DNA of 63,516 nucleotides, filler included, from Circinaria calcarea (GCA_051942165.1; 13 parts of 13 records of this genome joined end to end with filler, not necessarily neighbours in it), one strand, 5' to 3'. Positions 24,503 to 37,550 are shown, counted from the whole stretch's first letter. Made by a program: numbers and translations. The notes: generated from the sequence alone by a model not told the origin.

Positions 24503-25309
24503 GGCGTAGGGTAGCATGCCAAGAAGGGTGGGGGAGAAGCCACGGTAGAAGTTTGTGAGGCCAGAGCGTGGGGTAACGGTGGAGATTGGAGAGGAACGGG
24601 GGCGAGGAGGGTGTTCGTGGTAGAGTTGCTTGCAGATGCTGGAGAGGGAGGAGCGGGTGTCGTGTTTCGTTTCGAAAGCGAGGCGTACGCGGATGACCTC
24701 GAGAGGGTACGTGAAGAAGACGGAGGAGATCCCGGCGAGGGAACCGCTGATGAAACGGCGGAAGAGTGTCTCTTGGGATTTATCCTTGATGATGACAGAA
24801 CGGAATTGTTCGTAGGCAAGGAATTTGATAGCAGCGTAAGGAAAGATACGTAGGAGCGTAGCGGAATGACCGCGGAAGAGTCCTCGGAGGCCATCCTGGC
24901 GGTTGATGTCGCGCATAGCCGTCACGAGGCCGAACCATGAGCCGGTGTATTTGGCAAATTGTGGGTTGGAGGCCTGGAAGAGGATCTTGACGCGATCAAG
25001 GGGGCCAACGACGGTTTTCGCCTGCGCGACTCATATGCTGTTAGCCTATGAATCTTTTGCGAAACCTCCAATGTTGGTGATTCTGCTCAATGGGTTCTTG
25101 TAGCTTACAGCGCAGCCTGCCAGGCCTCCAGCAAGCCCACTTCGCAAGACATAGTCGAGGCTTTGTTTGTCAACTGGCTTCTGGGCTCCAACCCTCTCCC
25201 GTAGTACCGTCTGAGGATTTGTGACATTGCGGGAGCTCCTCTTGTCCTGGCCACTCGCTGCCCCCGCGACCTCCATCTCTGGCGCAACTTGAAAGGATTT
25301 TGCGGGCAT
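24503..25309 (-). CDS. LEU5: Mitochondrial carrier, Leu5-like CoA transporter; intron 25022-25108; 3'-truncated
   Basis: SLDYVLRSGLAGGLAGCA|AKTVVGPLDRVKILFQ, GHSATLLRIFPYAAIKFLAYEQ, TYPLEVIRVRLA. Confidence 0.9.
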
Positions 25310-25601
25310 CGCCTGTGAGGGTCGGGGGCATTCCCACCGACCTTAGGCTTCGAAGTTGAACGCGACTAAAGTACTTGAGGGTGCATTCGACTGCATGCTG
25401 AAAGAAAGACGTTCGGTGACCGTGACGTGAGCTGTAAAACTGAATCCTACCTGTTGCATGCCGAGGTCAGCCCTATCTGCGGAGACAGCATCCCCACATC
25501 CAGGAGTGTCTCCAGTAAAGCTTCGGATCCGCAACTCAGAGACCCAATACCAGAAAGGTTCTGACCGTCAACCACCAAGTCTCTCATTCCCAGCCCATCC
25601 C

Positions 25602-26897
25602 ATGACAATGGCAGGACCCCAAGTCCCAAATTCCGCAATCCTCTACCAAAACGCGGAGAAAAGCATCACGCTGATCGATCTTCCCACATCGATATCCCAG
25701 GGCCAAGGACTTCGAGGTCAAGCGCTTCCATCCAGAACATTACTGTCTTCCGAGCCCCTACGGGAGCCTTACCACTCCACCGAGCCCAAAGGCGAGACCG
25801 CAAAGGCAAATGTGATGGCGAGGTTAGGTTCTTATGATCATCGTATTTACAGGGACTTGGTCTGCAACGGTCTCCGGGACATTACCGAGCATCATTGGGG
25901 TCATTGGTGTCTACCGCGACAACTGTCACCGATGGCACAAGTACGGCGGGGGAAGAAACGTAAGCTTAATGATGTAGATCTCGTCAATGAAAATGTAGAG
26001 CATGGCCCGACGGAACCAGACATATCTTTGTCAAGGGAGAGGACTGGTCATACACGTCCTGCTAAGATGTACAGTAGGTTAGAGCTATCACCCTCCTCGA
26101 CCTCCAGAACATCCGTGTTCCCAGATATGAGCGCACTCAGCCGTCGACTTGTCCATAACCCACGGCCTGACGAGATTGACATTCACCTATCCTCCCCATC
26201 ATCCACATACCATATCCCTCCCGGTTCGTCCTTCTTCCTCACTGGCATCGACGATCAAACAGTGGGCGAGTTCAGTAAAGCAGCCTCTGGGTTTTACTCC
26301 TCGCCATCGTCTTCCGCTGGCCCCGGTCAGTTTGACTTCATTCTCCTCGACCCTCCCTGGCAAAATCGATCTGTCAGACGTTCACGGAAGTACAAGACCA
26401 TGAGAGACTGTGATCCCATGGTTACAGTGCAAGGTATGCTGGGTAATCATATAGCACCAAAGGCATTGATTGCCTGTTGGATTACGAACAAGGCCAGCTC
26501 TCGAGAGGCAGTATTGACTGCTCTCAAGGACTGGGATGTAGAGCTGATCGAGGAATGGGTTTGGCTAAAGACAACCGCCTGCGGTGAACCTGTTTACGAT
26601 ATCAATGGCGTATGGAGGAGACCATTTGAGGTGTTACTCGTCGGGAGGAAAGTTGACTGGTTAGAAAAATCGCAACCGGTAGGCGTTGCAATGAAAGAGA
26701 CCATAAAGCGTTTAATCGTCGGTGTTCCTGATGTCCATTCGAGAAAGCCGTGTCTCAGGGATCTTATCGAGCCAATGATGCCAGATGCTTGCAACTACCG
26801 CGCCTTGGAAATCTTCGCGAGGAATTTGACAGCAGGCTGGTGGGCCTGGGGTGACGAGGTGCTGAAGTTCAATTGGGAAAAACACTGGGCTAAATGA
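25602..26897 (+). CDS. MT-A70 family N6-adenine methyltransferase (METTL4-like); frame is open from 25458
   Basis: FDFILLDPPW catalytic motif, WITNK, EEWVWLK, HSRKP, LEIFARNLTAGWWAWGDEVLKF. Confidence 0.9.
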   Translation: MTMAGPQVPNSAILYQNAEKSITLIDLPTSISQGQGLRGQALPSRTLLSSEPLREPYHSTEPKGETAKANVMARLGSYDHRIYRDLVCNGLRDITEHHWGHWCLPRQLSPMAQVRRGKKRKLNDVDLVNENVEHGPTEPDISLSRERTGHTRPAKMYSRLELSPSSTSRTSVFPDMSALSRRLVHNPRPDEIDIHLSSPSSTYHIPPGSSFFLTGIDDQTVGEFSKAASGFYSSPSSSAGPGQFDFILLDPPWQNRSVRRSRKYKTMRDCDPMVTVQGMLGNHIAPKALIACWITNKASSREAVLTALKDWDVELIEEWVWLKTTACGEPVYDINGVWRRPFEVLLVGRKVDWLEKSQPVGVAMKETIKRLIVGVPDVHSRKPCLRDLIEPMMPDACNYRALEIFARNLTAGWWAWGDEVLKFNWEKHWAK

Positions 26898-26979
26898 TAG
26901 AGGAGATATCCGCGAACGTTGAACATATGATAAAAGCCCGTTATATATTACCCGGGCTTACCTGCGAAACACCATCTTT

Positions 26980-29256
26980 TCAAATCGTCTGTCTGTTCCT
27001 GTCATACACCTTATCTTGTTCACTTGGCTCGATCCCGGTTTTGTTCTCCGACCTTTCTTCTCTTTGTAAAGACCAGAGGCACCGTTTCCATAAACGAACC
27101 CACTGTCCATCTTCATTACTTTGCTGCCGTACCTGGTCCTCCACTCTCGGGTCGGCTACTCGTAAACAGTCGATCACTGCCCTGGCCAAGTCGCCACGCA
27201 GGGATACCGGAGGTTCTTCTCTTTCCATTTCTGGGACCCAATCACTCAAAGCCTCAACGCATCTAGCCTGATTTACCGATTGAGCCACATCTCGAAACAT
27301 CCTGGTATAAAGCTTCGCCGACCTGCGCTGCATGCGTCTTGCCATACCGCGCCAATGTCTCCAATACTCATCCCAGTCTTCAGCTGTCGCAAGATCCTGC
27401 AAGATAGCAGCATTGTCCAAGAATTTATTAGCAGGTAGACCCTGCTTGTCCATGATTCTCATAAGTCGCCAAATAGCGTTTTCCCTTAGAGATGGGCCCT
27501 TATTGATATCACTGGCGTACCGTACACGATGTAACGCTTTAAGTAAGTCCGAGAAGACAGCTTCGTGGATGATATCGATCCCACGAAGACTTATGTCTTC
27601 GAGCAAATCCATGGCTGAATTCAGTGATTCCATTGACAAGACCAGCTGAGTCATCTCGCGCCCAGTTGTACTCACTATGTTTGCTTCCTTGTCAGGTATG
27701 AGGAGGGTGTGAAAGGCATTCCATAGCAGCCGCTCAGGGATATTTACCGGGGAGCTTTGAGCCTCAAACACAAGTTCTATCAGATCTATTTTGGTATACC
27801 CTGGGTGGCCAATGCTTACTGCATAGGAGACCAGCTCAACACGGCATGCTAAGACTTTGATATCTGAAACTGGTGAAACATGGCTGTAGAATGATTGTAG
27901 AAATGAGGTTGAGCCTAAATCATTGGAGCCCCGTCCAAGGACATCGACCGCATCTTCTTTTGGAAGGCCCTTGAGATAGCGGATAAGCGCCTTGAGTGCT
28001 ACCAAACCAGCAGACTGATCAAATGTCGTAGGCTGCTTCACAGTGCCCTCCTCTAGGGCCTCTGCCACGTTCGGCATCATTATTCTAGGTTCGAGGTCTG
28101 ACGTGGGAACGTCCTCATATTCAGAAGCCACACCCATTTTCTTGACAGTATATCTTCTGGAGCTTGTATGTAAGGCTCTAATCTGAGTTGGTAAGATTGA
28201 CGTCGAGTTCCTTAGACTAGTTGCCGTCAAAAGATTCATATCAGCAGATGGATCACTTGCGTAAGACGATTTGTAACCCACCTCTTCCGGCCTTAGATGC
28301 TCGAGCTCTACTCGCTTCTCAGCCTCCCTAGCTTCCTTCCTCTCTTGTCGTGCAAGCGTACCACCCCATAATCCCTCCAAGTCCAGCTCTTCTCGCTTTT
28401 CCTGTGTGAGCATCTGGACTACCAATTTGACTCCTTCAGCATGACCTCCGAAACCAACGAAGTTGTCAGATTCCTCTACCTCTTTTGACACGTCCTCGGC
28501 ATTTTCGATGGCACCAACGTTCACACACACCCAACCTGTCCTGATCCCGTCATCTGCATTTCCATCGTCTGACGAGCCAACGTTACTAAGCAACCGAGTT
28601 CGACGCGCTTTTCGTCTCATCTTCAATTTGAGCTCATTACGGCCAATCAAGCCATCAGCGTAGGGTTTCAATTTGTATATCGTACGTAGCCAACGGCAAA
28701 ATCGGTCCGCCGACACATGAAGATGCTTCTCGCTGCGGGCTGTACCCATGACCATGAGGAGGTTGGCACCAAGCGCAGGTGGAGGGTTGAGTTTTCGCAA
28801 GTCGAAGAGGGAAAGATCGTCCAGGCCGAGATCAACAGAGATATGCTCAAGGATGGGTTGTAGTAATGGCGGTGCGTTGCTTGGGAGCTCCGGCAAACGC
28901 TGTCTTTCAGATAAAGGACTTTCAATTCTTTGAGGACCCTGCACTTGGAGGTACCATGGTATTGATGGAGCCTCTTTCGAATTGGGGATTTCGCTACGGG
29001 TGTCGGATGTCCCTGGTGGTCTATACACGACCATCTCGTTCTCCTGATTTTCATTTTGCGTAACCACCTCAGATCGTAGAGCTTTTGAGCTCGAGAAGTT
29101 TCGAGAGAACGCAGGTTCGATTGCAGGCAGTAGAACTCTTTTCAGTTGCCGTGCCGGTTGAATCGAGAGTCCTGCAAAGCCTGCAAATACGCTCAAGACT
29201 TCATGGCGACAGCTGCTGCATCGAGCTATCGATGAAATAGTCTTGTAGATTGCCAT
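26980..29256 (-). CDS. ATP25: Mitochondrial ATPase synthesis protein Atp25
   Basis: PWYLQV, LGLDDLSLFDLRKLNPPPALGANLLMVMGTARSEKHLHVSADRFCRWLR, ADGLIGRNELK (RsfS-like N-domain), plus a mitochondrial-type presequence. Confidence 0.9.
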   Translation of the reverse strand: MAIYKTISSIARCSSCRHEVLSVFAGFAGLSIQPARQLKRVLLPAIEPAFSRNFSSSKALRSEVVTQNENQENEMVVYRPPGTSDTRSEIPNSKEAPSIPWYLQVQGPQRIESPLSERQRLPELPSNAPPLLQPILEHISVDLGLDDLSLFDLRKLNPPPALGANLLMVMGTARSEKHLHVSADRFCRWLRTIYKLKPYADGLIGRNELKLKMRRKARRTRLLSNVGSSDDGNADDGIRTGWVCVNVGAIENAEDVSKEVEESDNFVGFGGHAEGVKLVVQMLTQEKREELDLEGLWGGTLARQERKEAREAEKRVELEHLRPEEVGYKSSYASDPSADMNLLTATSLRNSTSILPTQIRALHTSSRRYTVKKMGVASEYEDVPTSDLEPRIMMPNVAEALEEGTVKQPTTFDQSAGLVALKALIRYLKGLPKEDAVDVLGRGSNDLGSTSFLQSFYSHVSPVSDIKVLACRVELVSYAVSIGHPGYTKIDLIELVFEAQSSPVNIPERLLWNAFHTLLIPDKEANIVSTTGREMTQLVLSMESLNSAMDLLEDISLRGIDIIHEAVFSDLLKALHRVRYASDINKGPSLRENAIWRLMRIMDKQGLPANKFLDNAAILQDLATAEDWDEYWRHWRGMARRMQRRSAKLYTRMFRDVAQSVNQARCVEALSDWVPEMEREEPPVSLRGDLARAVIDCLRVADPRVEDQVRQQSNEDGQWVRLWKRCLWSLQREERSENKTGIEPSEQDKVYDRNRQTI

Positions 29257-29679
29257 CCTGTCATGTATATCAATGGCTGCAGGTGGGTATAGTTTATATA
29301 GANNNNNNNNNNNNNNNNNNNNNNNNNNNNNNNNNNNNNNNNNNNNTTAATTAATTAANNNNNNNNNNNNNNNNNNNNNNNNNNNNNNNNNNNNNNNNNN
29401 NNTCTAGACTCGAGAAAACTCACGCAGATCTGAGAACTTCACCTACTTCTCATCACCCTCAAGCCACTCTTAGCACTCGGAACAATTGGGAATCAGGGCT
29501 GAGAACCCTAAACTGTTGTCGTTTGGCACCGGTAAGATATCCCCGAAACAGGTTTTTCATATTTCTGAGCAGAGCACCGAGTTTGCACAACACATTCTTC
29601 ATGCGCCCGAGAGAATAAGGCTGACTAAGCATCTCGGAGATTCACAAGTCACGTGTCTCGTGTTCTGTTATAGCCTGTC

Positions 29680-31325
29680 ATGCCAGCCATACTGGAAGAT
29701 CCTTCGGCGCCTGCCATTTATCGAGTCTCCGGCCCTTTGCCCTACCCTACGCCGCATGACACGCAACTTCCCCCGACCATCGTCCCCCGCGCAGTAACCC
29801 TCCGTGACCGCATTACCATTGCAACCCTAATCCCATTTTCATCTGCCGCCCAAGTCCCTACATCGCTCCTCTCATATCTTTCTGATCAACTTAATCGCGA
29901 GATCTTAAAGGGAGACACCTACCCCATGATCCTGCCCTTGCCCGTTGCATCATTTGCCGCTTACTGGTTCCAGAACTTTGGTGCAGTGATGGTCTTGGGT
30001 GAAGTGGAATCTGTAGAGGAAGTCCAAGAGATGGAAAGAACAGGAATCGATTGGACTATCAGTTGCTTAGGAAGTTTCTATGTCAAGCCCAACTATCCAG
30101 GGAGGAGTAGTCATATTTGCAATGGTGGGTTTCTCGTGACCGATGCAGCGAGGAACAAAGGAGTGGGAAGGTTGATGGGAGAAGGTTATTTAGAATGGGC
30201 TCCGAAGCTGGTATATGACCTTGTCTAGAATTTGTTACATGTGACAGACTGACCGGAAATTATTAGGGGTATACATACTCCGTATTCAACCTCGTCTACG
30301 AGACGAACGTTGCCTCGTGCCGCATCTGGGATGCCTTGGGCTTCAAACGCATCGGCCGCGTCAAAGGCTGCGGAAACCTTCGTTCTCATCCTAACGAGCT
30401 GATAGATGCTATTATCTATGGTCGCGACCTCGGTCCAGAAGGCGAAGACTTCGTCTCGGAAGAACGCTTCGATAAAATCCGGTTTTATCTCAAACACGGA
30501 AAATACCCCAATGGTGCTGACAGAGCAGAGAAGAGTCGCCTGAGGAGCGCTGCAACGCACTACAAGCTACTTCCAGCCGAAGACGGGAGCGAGAACGAGA
30601 GATTGATGCTGAAGGACAAAGAGGTCGTAGCCGATCCGCAACGGCAATACGAGATCGCGAGACAAGTACACGCCCAAGCACATGGCGGTATCAACAAGAC
30701 TACTGCTACCATCGCCGAGAAATTCCACTGGGTACGCATCAAAGAAACTGTTAGTCTTGTTATCAAAAACTGCCCAGACTGTAAGGAAATCGGGAAAGCT
30801 CCGCCTTCCAGTCTAGAAGGCAGCTCTACAGGACGGAGATCCAACAATGGAGCAATTGCGACTCAAGATCCCAACAGCGCCATCGTCCGCCTTGTCAATT
30901 TTGAAGAGCCATCCGTGCCACGCCCGACCAAACGTTCCCATCGCACTTCGCCCGGTTCGCGCTCACCCCACGACCAACGACCAATCAGAGCTCCCGTAGC
31001 ACATATGGGGGGTTATGATGATATGCCGCTAGATCCGCAGATAATGGAGAATGTGCAGCATCGATTGCTAACCTACCCGAGTCACGAACAGGGTAAAGAA
31101 GGGTTTGTGATAGATATGGAACATGAGCAGCAGATGATTGATCAGCAGATGGTGGAAGAGACGAGATTGGCAACGGAAGGGCAAGTCAGAAGAGGGAACG
31201 AGCCGATGGGGTTTCAAGTCGAAGAGGCAAGCGTCGATAGATTAGGAGAGGTTGATAGAGGTGATGTGGGGGATGTGGATGGAGAGGTGGGGATGGAGGT
31301 GGAGTACGGAGGTGTTCCTGTTTAG
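29680..31325 (+). CDS. SPT10: Spt10-like GNAT acetyltransferase with integrase-type H2C2 zinc finger; intron 30211-30266
   Basis: GSFYVKPNYPGRSSHICNGGF, RNKGVGRLMGEGYLEWAPKL|GYTYSVFNLV, HAQAHGGINKT...IKNCPDC. Confidence 0.88.
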
Positions 31326-33027
31326 GAGAGTTTGGAATGTAGATTGCTATGTTTTGTTTGGTCCCGTGGGCTGGTGGATCTTTGTTGGAGGATAAGGCAG
31401 GCTTTTGGCTGTAGAGGCTCTTGAGGCATACATACGCTCATAGATACACATAGATGGAATAGAGTCCGCTGTATAGAGCAATATAGTCAAGCTTCCCTCG
31501 CTTTGCTAGAACGACCCTATCGGCGTTTCCTTGAACCATTATTGCTGGATGTTAGAAATTTATCTTCGGAGTAGGCATGGCTGAGCTGGACTTACTAGAA
31601 TAGAGGGTCTTCGTCGGGGAGCTTAAGCATGTATCCCTCAAGCAGCACGAACCGTGCCAACCCAGTCTGCCGGATCGGAGGACGGCGCCGAGGATAGCGC
31701 ATTCAAGCACGGAGTACCTTACTTCAACGACATTCATGTCGACCCTCTTTCTTTGATTGAGGTTATCCAGCATGGCCAAACTAGATCTGTTCAATTTTCT
31801 TCTTCTGGCCCATCTGACCTCTAGAACGTTACGCCCAAAGAGTTTATTCCAGCTCTTCTCCAGGATCCACCATCTGTTCAACCATGTCCCAGGCAGCCTT
31901 CTGTTGGGCTCTCCCTAGACACTCCCCTGGATTAAGAACAGCGTGTTGTCCCATTTCCTCCTATTTTCCCTGCTGGAAGCTTCTTTGGTTATCGAGTTCA
32001 CTGGTTCGTTCTTATAGCAGCAGCAGTATTGTCAGCAGTGAAAGTTCTGGTTGGGCCTAGAAGATGTTCTCACGTTCCTTTCTTACTTTTCTTGCATTTC
32101 CATACCCTTCATTTGGTTTATAGGTGTGTAAAGATGAGTCTGCGGTTTTTAAGGATGGTTGAATCCTTCCTGCAGCGGCTTCAATACTTTTCGTGGCTGT
32201 CGTTCTGCAAAGTCGAACACACCTTACTGTTTGTGATGTTTTTCGTTGTGTTTATGGAAGCATGCTAGTAGAAGCTAGAAGCATTCGATGTCATATTCGT
32301 TGATAGGAGGATTCTCTAGTACAGGTGTTCTCAGCACTATCATCTAAGTTAGTTATGTTACTCTCAATGAACATGGACGTAATGTCGAGGAACACTTGAA
32401 CTGCTTCAACGTTGTGACCTATTTAACTGATTGATGCAAATTTAGGACGTATGCTAGCTCAAAGGATGCCTCCAAGCTATGAAGGAGTTCGTATTAAGTC
32501 TTCCACGATGTGGCCCGCAGGATGTGGCCCGCAGAATGTGGTGGGGATTTTCGCTTGATAGTGAAACACTTAAAAAGAACTCTTTCGTAGATGACACGGA
32601 AGAAGTCCATTTTGTGCTCACAAGGTCGGCCCTACAACCTACCACTGACCGAAGTCTCAGAGTCCAAGGGGTGCATCATGCATTGTCAAAAATTCACAGA
32701 ATTTTCAAAGTCATAAGAATGCATACGTGTTTTTCCTGTCATTCACAGACTCAGTGCTAGCGACGGCGATCACCGCTAAATCTCGGAAGTATAAGAGTTT
32801 CCTTTGTTTACCAAAATTTCTAAATTCTTCACCACCAACGTAACATCTTTCCTTCCACTGCCACCACATCTCGATCATACAGCTGTGGGTTAGATATTTA
32901 CCTTGATCTTGATATTGTGCATCAGCAGGTAAGATTCTAATCCACTCATGTTTCATCCAAATATTCAGATGTTGATGTCGGATATCACTGAGTAGACTCC
33001 AATACACAATACACCTGAACCACAGTC

Positions 33028-34197
33028 ATGGATGAGTCGAACCATAAACCTATTGCTATCCCTCTAGAAGACCCGGTTGAGGCCGAGAAGATTCTCACGA
33101 TGCATCGTAAAATTAAAGAGGTAAACTCATGATATTACTCTTACAACTTAGGCTTACCATAATCAAAAGGCTCCGAAAACCTACACCCGTCATGGTGCTG
33201 GAGGTTTGGTACTCTTTGCACCGGGTGCCAGCGTTTACGCTTTCCGACCCAATGAAGGGTCTATCAAGCAGCCAGGTGAAGTCAAGTTTGACGGCCTTAT
33301 CACAATCCATAAAGTCTTGGATACCCGTGGCACCAAGTACAAGGCTATCAGCAACGAACTCTTTGCTCTCCGTCAACGCTTGCTTTTGAATGCAAGTTTA
33401 ACCGTCACTTGGGAGAGTGAAAACGAGAATGTTCAGCTGAGTGGAAAAGCAAGACTGAGCATTGCTGGATGGAATGCCCAATCCGTTGCTTATGCCTGCC
33501 GCGAGGTCAATAGGATATTGAAAGGATACCCCGTGGTTTACGGCTCTCGTCCTGTCTGGCATGACTTCTTTCTCACCGAGGACGGACTGGCCTATCTTAA
33601 GGGAACCGGCTGCCAGCTCAATGTACATGTTCATCGAAGCCCCTTGGAGCACAAATTGTATCTCTTTGGCTCTACCGGCGGAAGGGCTATGTGCAAGGCC
33701 ACATTCGTGGATATGGTGGAGAAGCTCACCGTTGGAACTCTTCAGATTGGACCCAAATACGAAGTCGATGATAACTGTCCAGTATGCCTAGGTAAGGCTG
33801 TCAACACGTATCAGTTTCATTGTGGTCATGTCTATTGCAAAGACTGCTTTGCACATCGATGTGCTACTGTAGAGGAGAAGGACATACCAATTCGTTGCGG
33901 AGTATGTAAATCGGTTTTCCTCTTGGCAGAAATGCAGTCTGCCTTGACATACAACCAGTTCGAAGATCTTTTGGCACGATGTCTCAAAGTCTTTATCAAC
34001 GCCGAGTCTAACGCCTACCGCAACTGCCCCACACCATACTGCCCGCAAGTTTATGAAACCTCAGAGGGTATCCTAACTTGTCCGACTTGTTTCGAAGACA
34101 TCTGCATGCAATGCAACGTCTCTTACCACACAGGCGAGACCTGCATGGCGTTTCAGGAGAGAATTGAAGGAGGCAAGGCAGCATTGGCAAAGTGGAA
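33028..34197 (+). CDS. RBR (RING-IBR, ariadne-like) E3 ubiquitin ligase-like protein; 5' structure uncertain; 3'-truncated
   Basis: RING motif CPVC...CGHVYCKDC...CGVC and IBR motif CPTPYCPQVY...CPTCFEDICMQCNVSYHTGETC. Confidence 0.8.
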
Positions 34198-34297
34198 NNN
34201 NNNNNNNNNNNNNNNNNNNNNNNNNNNNNNNNNNNNNNNNNTTAATTAATTAANNNNNNNNNNNNNNNNNNNNNNNNNNNNNNNNNNNNNNNNNNNN

Positions 34298-35758
34298 TGC
34301 AGCAAACGTTGATGCACGAAGAAACTTAACTGACAAATCTGTACTGGAAGACCTAGAAAAGCTGACTTCTACACATATCAGCCCGATTCGTAATAACATT
34401 AATAATATACCAACCAAGGTATGAGAAATCATTCTTCCTGGTTAGATGGACCATTTCTAACCACTACTCAGTTGCGGGTACTCTCTTTGGGACCGGACAA
34501 TACCGACTTTGAGGATGCTCAGAGACTAGTCTTGCAAGTGGTGAAGCCGAATACCTTCATGGAGACTCAGGCGCTCTGTCCCTTCCAAAGACAGCTTCCC
34601 CTCCCGGTACCTGTTTCAGCCGGCTTAACTTTGCCGTGGGGAGATAGAGCTACCTCATGGATGCGATTGAGAGGTGATATGATATGGAAAACTCCGTCTA
34701 ATGACCAAGGGACGTATAGGTCGAAGAAGCAGACCCTGTTCTTTCGTCCTGAGGTTGTAACCAAGACTGTGGAGAGAATCGCAGACTTCTTATTCAGTCC
34801 AAAGCAACAACAAGTCTCCGATTCGCATATCCAAATACCTAGTCCACATTGGTATACACATACAGACACCACAGTCACCGCTAGCGTCGGTCTCATCCTA
34901 TATCCTAAGAGCAACAAAAACATCTGCGTGGATAGGGGAAATGTAAGATATCTGTCGCGGTCCAAAAAGGATGCACTTATACACGGCGCCTTTGCGAAGA
35001 GCATCCAACGACGCAGGGTAATGGTGCCCTGGCCCGAGATGCCGTCAGTGCTACAACGCTTAGCGTCACCTCAATTCGAGACTGGAGATGAAATATGTGT
35101 TCGTCTTAGTCCGATTGCCAATGACGGCAAAACTTCTGCCGTACTCTTTCCTGAAATTGATATGCGCATTAGCATGGACGCGGCAGCGAAGCAGACTTCC
35201 TTGAGAGATGTCCGACTGATTGTGCAGCAACGTGTTTCAGATCTCTTGTTGCCAAAATCTGCAGTTGATGTGCGATTCGATGCCTCCTCGTACATTACAA
35301 CATCACAGGAAAACATCGATCCTCGGATACTCCAGTTTGTGAACGATAGTAACTTCAATGTCTGGGGTGCAGATCGGTTAAAGACACCTTCGAGGCTGCA
35401 GCTCTCGGTTCCGAAATCAGCCATTCGGCAGCCTGGAGATGCTGCAAAAACTACTTCACAGGAAGATGGCTCTGCCACTGTCCAAGTGGAGTATGCTTTT
35501 GTCAGTATGGATTATAGATCACACCTGATCTTAAACTATCAAGGCTTTCCACTGATTTTTACGACCATTGAAGCGGGTCAGAGTGGCGGACGAAGAGACG
35601 AGCTTCGTTTGCGAATGCCAGATATTAGGGCAGTGGAAGGTGGCAGCGAGACTAGTTTTCCGACACACGACTTTGGCCCCTTCTACAAAGAGGTTCGTGA
35701 TTTTGTCACAACTGTCACAGCTCCTAATCAAACCGGGAAATCGCAGCTTCCTCACTAG
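34298..35758 (+). CDS. 3' part of a probable Sls1-like mitochondrial inner-membrane regulator (5'-truncated)
   Basis: Long ORF. The C-terminal DLLLPKSAVDVRF and TIEAGQSGGRRDELRL resemble Pezizomycotina Sls1 C-termini as I recall them. Confidence 0.5.
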
Positions 35759-37550
35759 AGCTTTAGGAAAGTCGAACAATGTGTTGGTCATCTCCGCCTA
35801 GGTACTCAGCAACTTTGCCGCTGCTATCCGAATATCCTCAATTACTAAGCCCCGGGATGGTCTTATTTTCTTCAATGGACTCTTGTTGATAAAATCGAGG
35901 AGGCCCCGATCAACAATGATTCATTCGCTCTCACAACGATGAACCAATGCAAAACAGCTACTTTTACTCATCTCTTTCGACCTGTCTTTCATGGTTTAAC
36001 GCCAGGCCTTATGTTATTCCAAGATATGGTAATTCGAAATCCTAGCAAGGGACTCATGAAGTGGCCAATAGAGCAAATCGATGCAATATTTCATACATCA
36101 TGAGGAGTGGCAAGCCAATCTGGTTCGTTGTCAAAGTTTACAAGGGAGCCGATTGTTACGAGCTTGACTTTGGAAGTCGTACTTAAGCATGTTTCTAGAA
36201 TTAGGAGGACAAATGCAGGTACCAAGCTTTTACTTCGCGTCTTATGCAAGATCTATGAGAATAACATGAATATAATGGGAGAACCTCAATGAACAAGACC
36301 TGGCCACACCGCAGCCATCCAAGACCTGACAAGTACTTCTTCTATCTGCGCAGACTCGATTTTTGGTATAGGTTTGCGTTTGCGACTGCTCTTCCCCAAT
36401 CAAGGTAGTCCAAACAACCGACCTCATAGCACCGCCTTAGAGCTCTTACAGACCACCTTCTCATGCCCGAGGACGACAACTAAAAAGTCTGCCTGTTCCA
36501 TCATGCCACTTACTTGAAATATCAAGAGACAAAGTGAGTATGCTGCATCCGTGGAAGTCCATCATCACGGCCTACCTAAACCTATGACTAACGTTGCGCA
36601 ATCTTACTAGTCCTGTATTGCTACTCGGTTTATAGCCACTATGACCATACTCCTGCTACATCATGACCAAGACTGCTGAAAATGGTCCAACAAATAACTT
36701 CTCACAATCCAAACGCAACCATATTTCACTGGACCTAAAGTTCATCAGCTCGCGCGCATGAATGTGATACAGCGAACAGCGGAGCCAGGAGGCTACTGGA
36801 CATCTCGATTACATTGATTGAAGCAGGTATTATGACCGATCTCAGCCTCGGACAACAGGACAATGGTGGCAGGATTAGGACCTTTGGTATGCGTTCGGGT
36901 TGCCATATTCGCTTTGATGTTTACTGTCTCCTTTGGGGCTTATAAGTCTATGGACGGTGCTTTAGAGGTTTATAAGGCTTACTTACCATCCTGGATGAGA
37001 CATCTGGATATTCCTTTTACTATGTTGAATTCTTCTCGGTCCTAGCGGAGTTTTGTTTAGTCTAGTTAACATGGCACACCTTACTCTGACTCATGGTACT
37101 CTGTCTCGGGAAAGTAATTCCGTACCAATTTCTTCGTTTATTCCAAAGCCAAGTCAGGACCCTTGGCTTGTTATTTTCGCTCACCACATCAAATAGTAGT
37201 ACCTAATCTCGAGTCCACTGGTTCCTTATCGGCTTTACGAATCCCAGACAGTGGTTTTAGCAATGGTGTTGGCATCTCCACCCAGACTGACCTCTATTAT
37301 ACTTTTTAATACCTCAAGGGATACCGAAGAGCTACATTTCTCTTGTCTATTCACCTTCCTCTTCTCTTTCCATCCACCTTCCTCTTCTCCCGATATTCTA
37401 CCACACCAAGCAACCGAACAGCATAGCCTACGCTATTGGTTTTTCGAGTGTACTACCCGAAACAGGCACCTTGAGCACCCGGGTAATAAAAGTAGAGACC
37501 AGCCCGGTAGCTGAAAGCCATCATATCTATAGTGCGACACCATATTTCGA

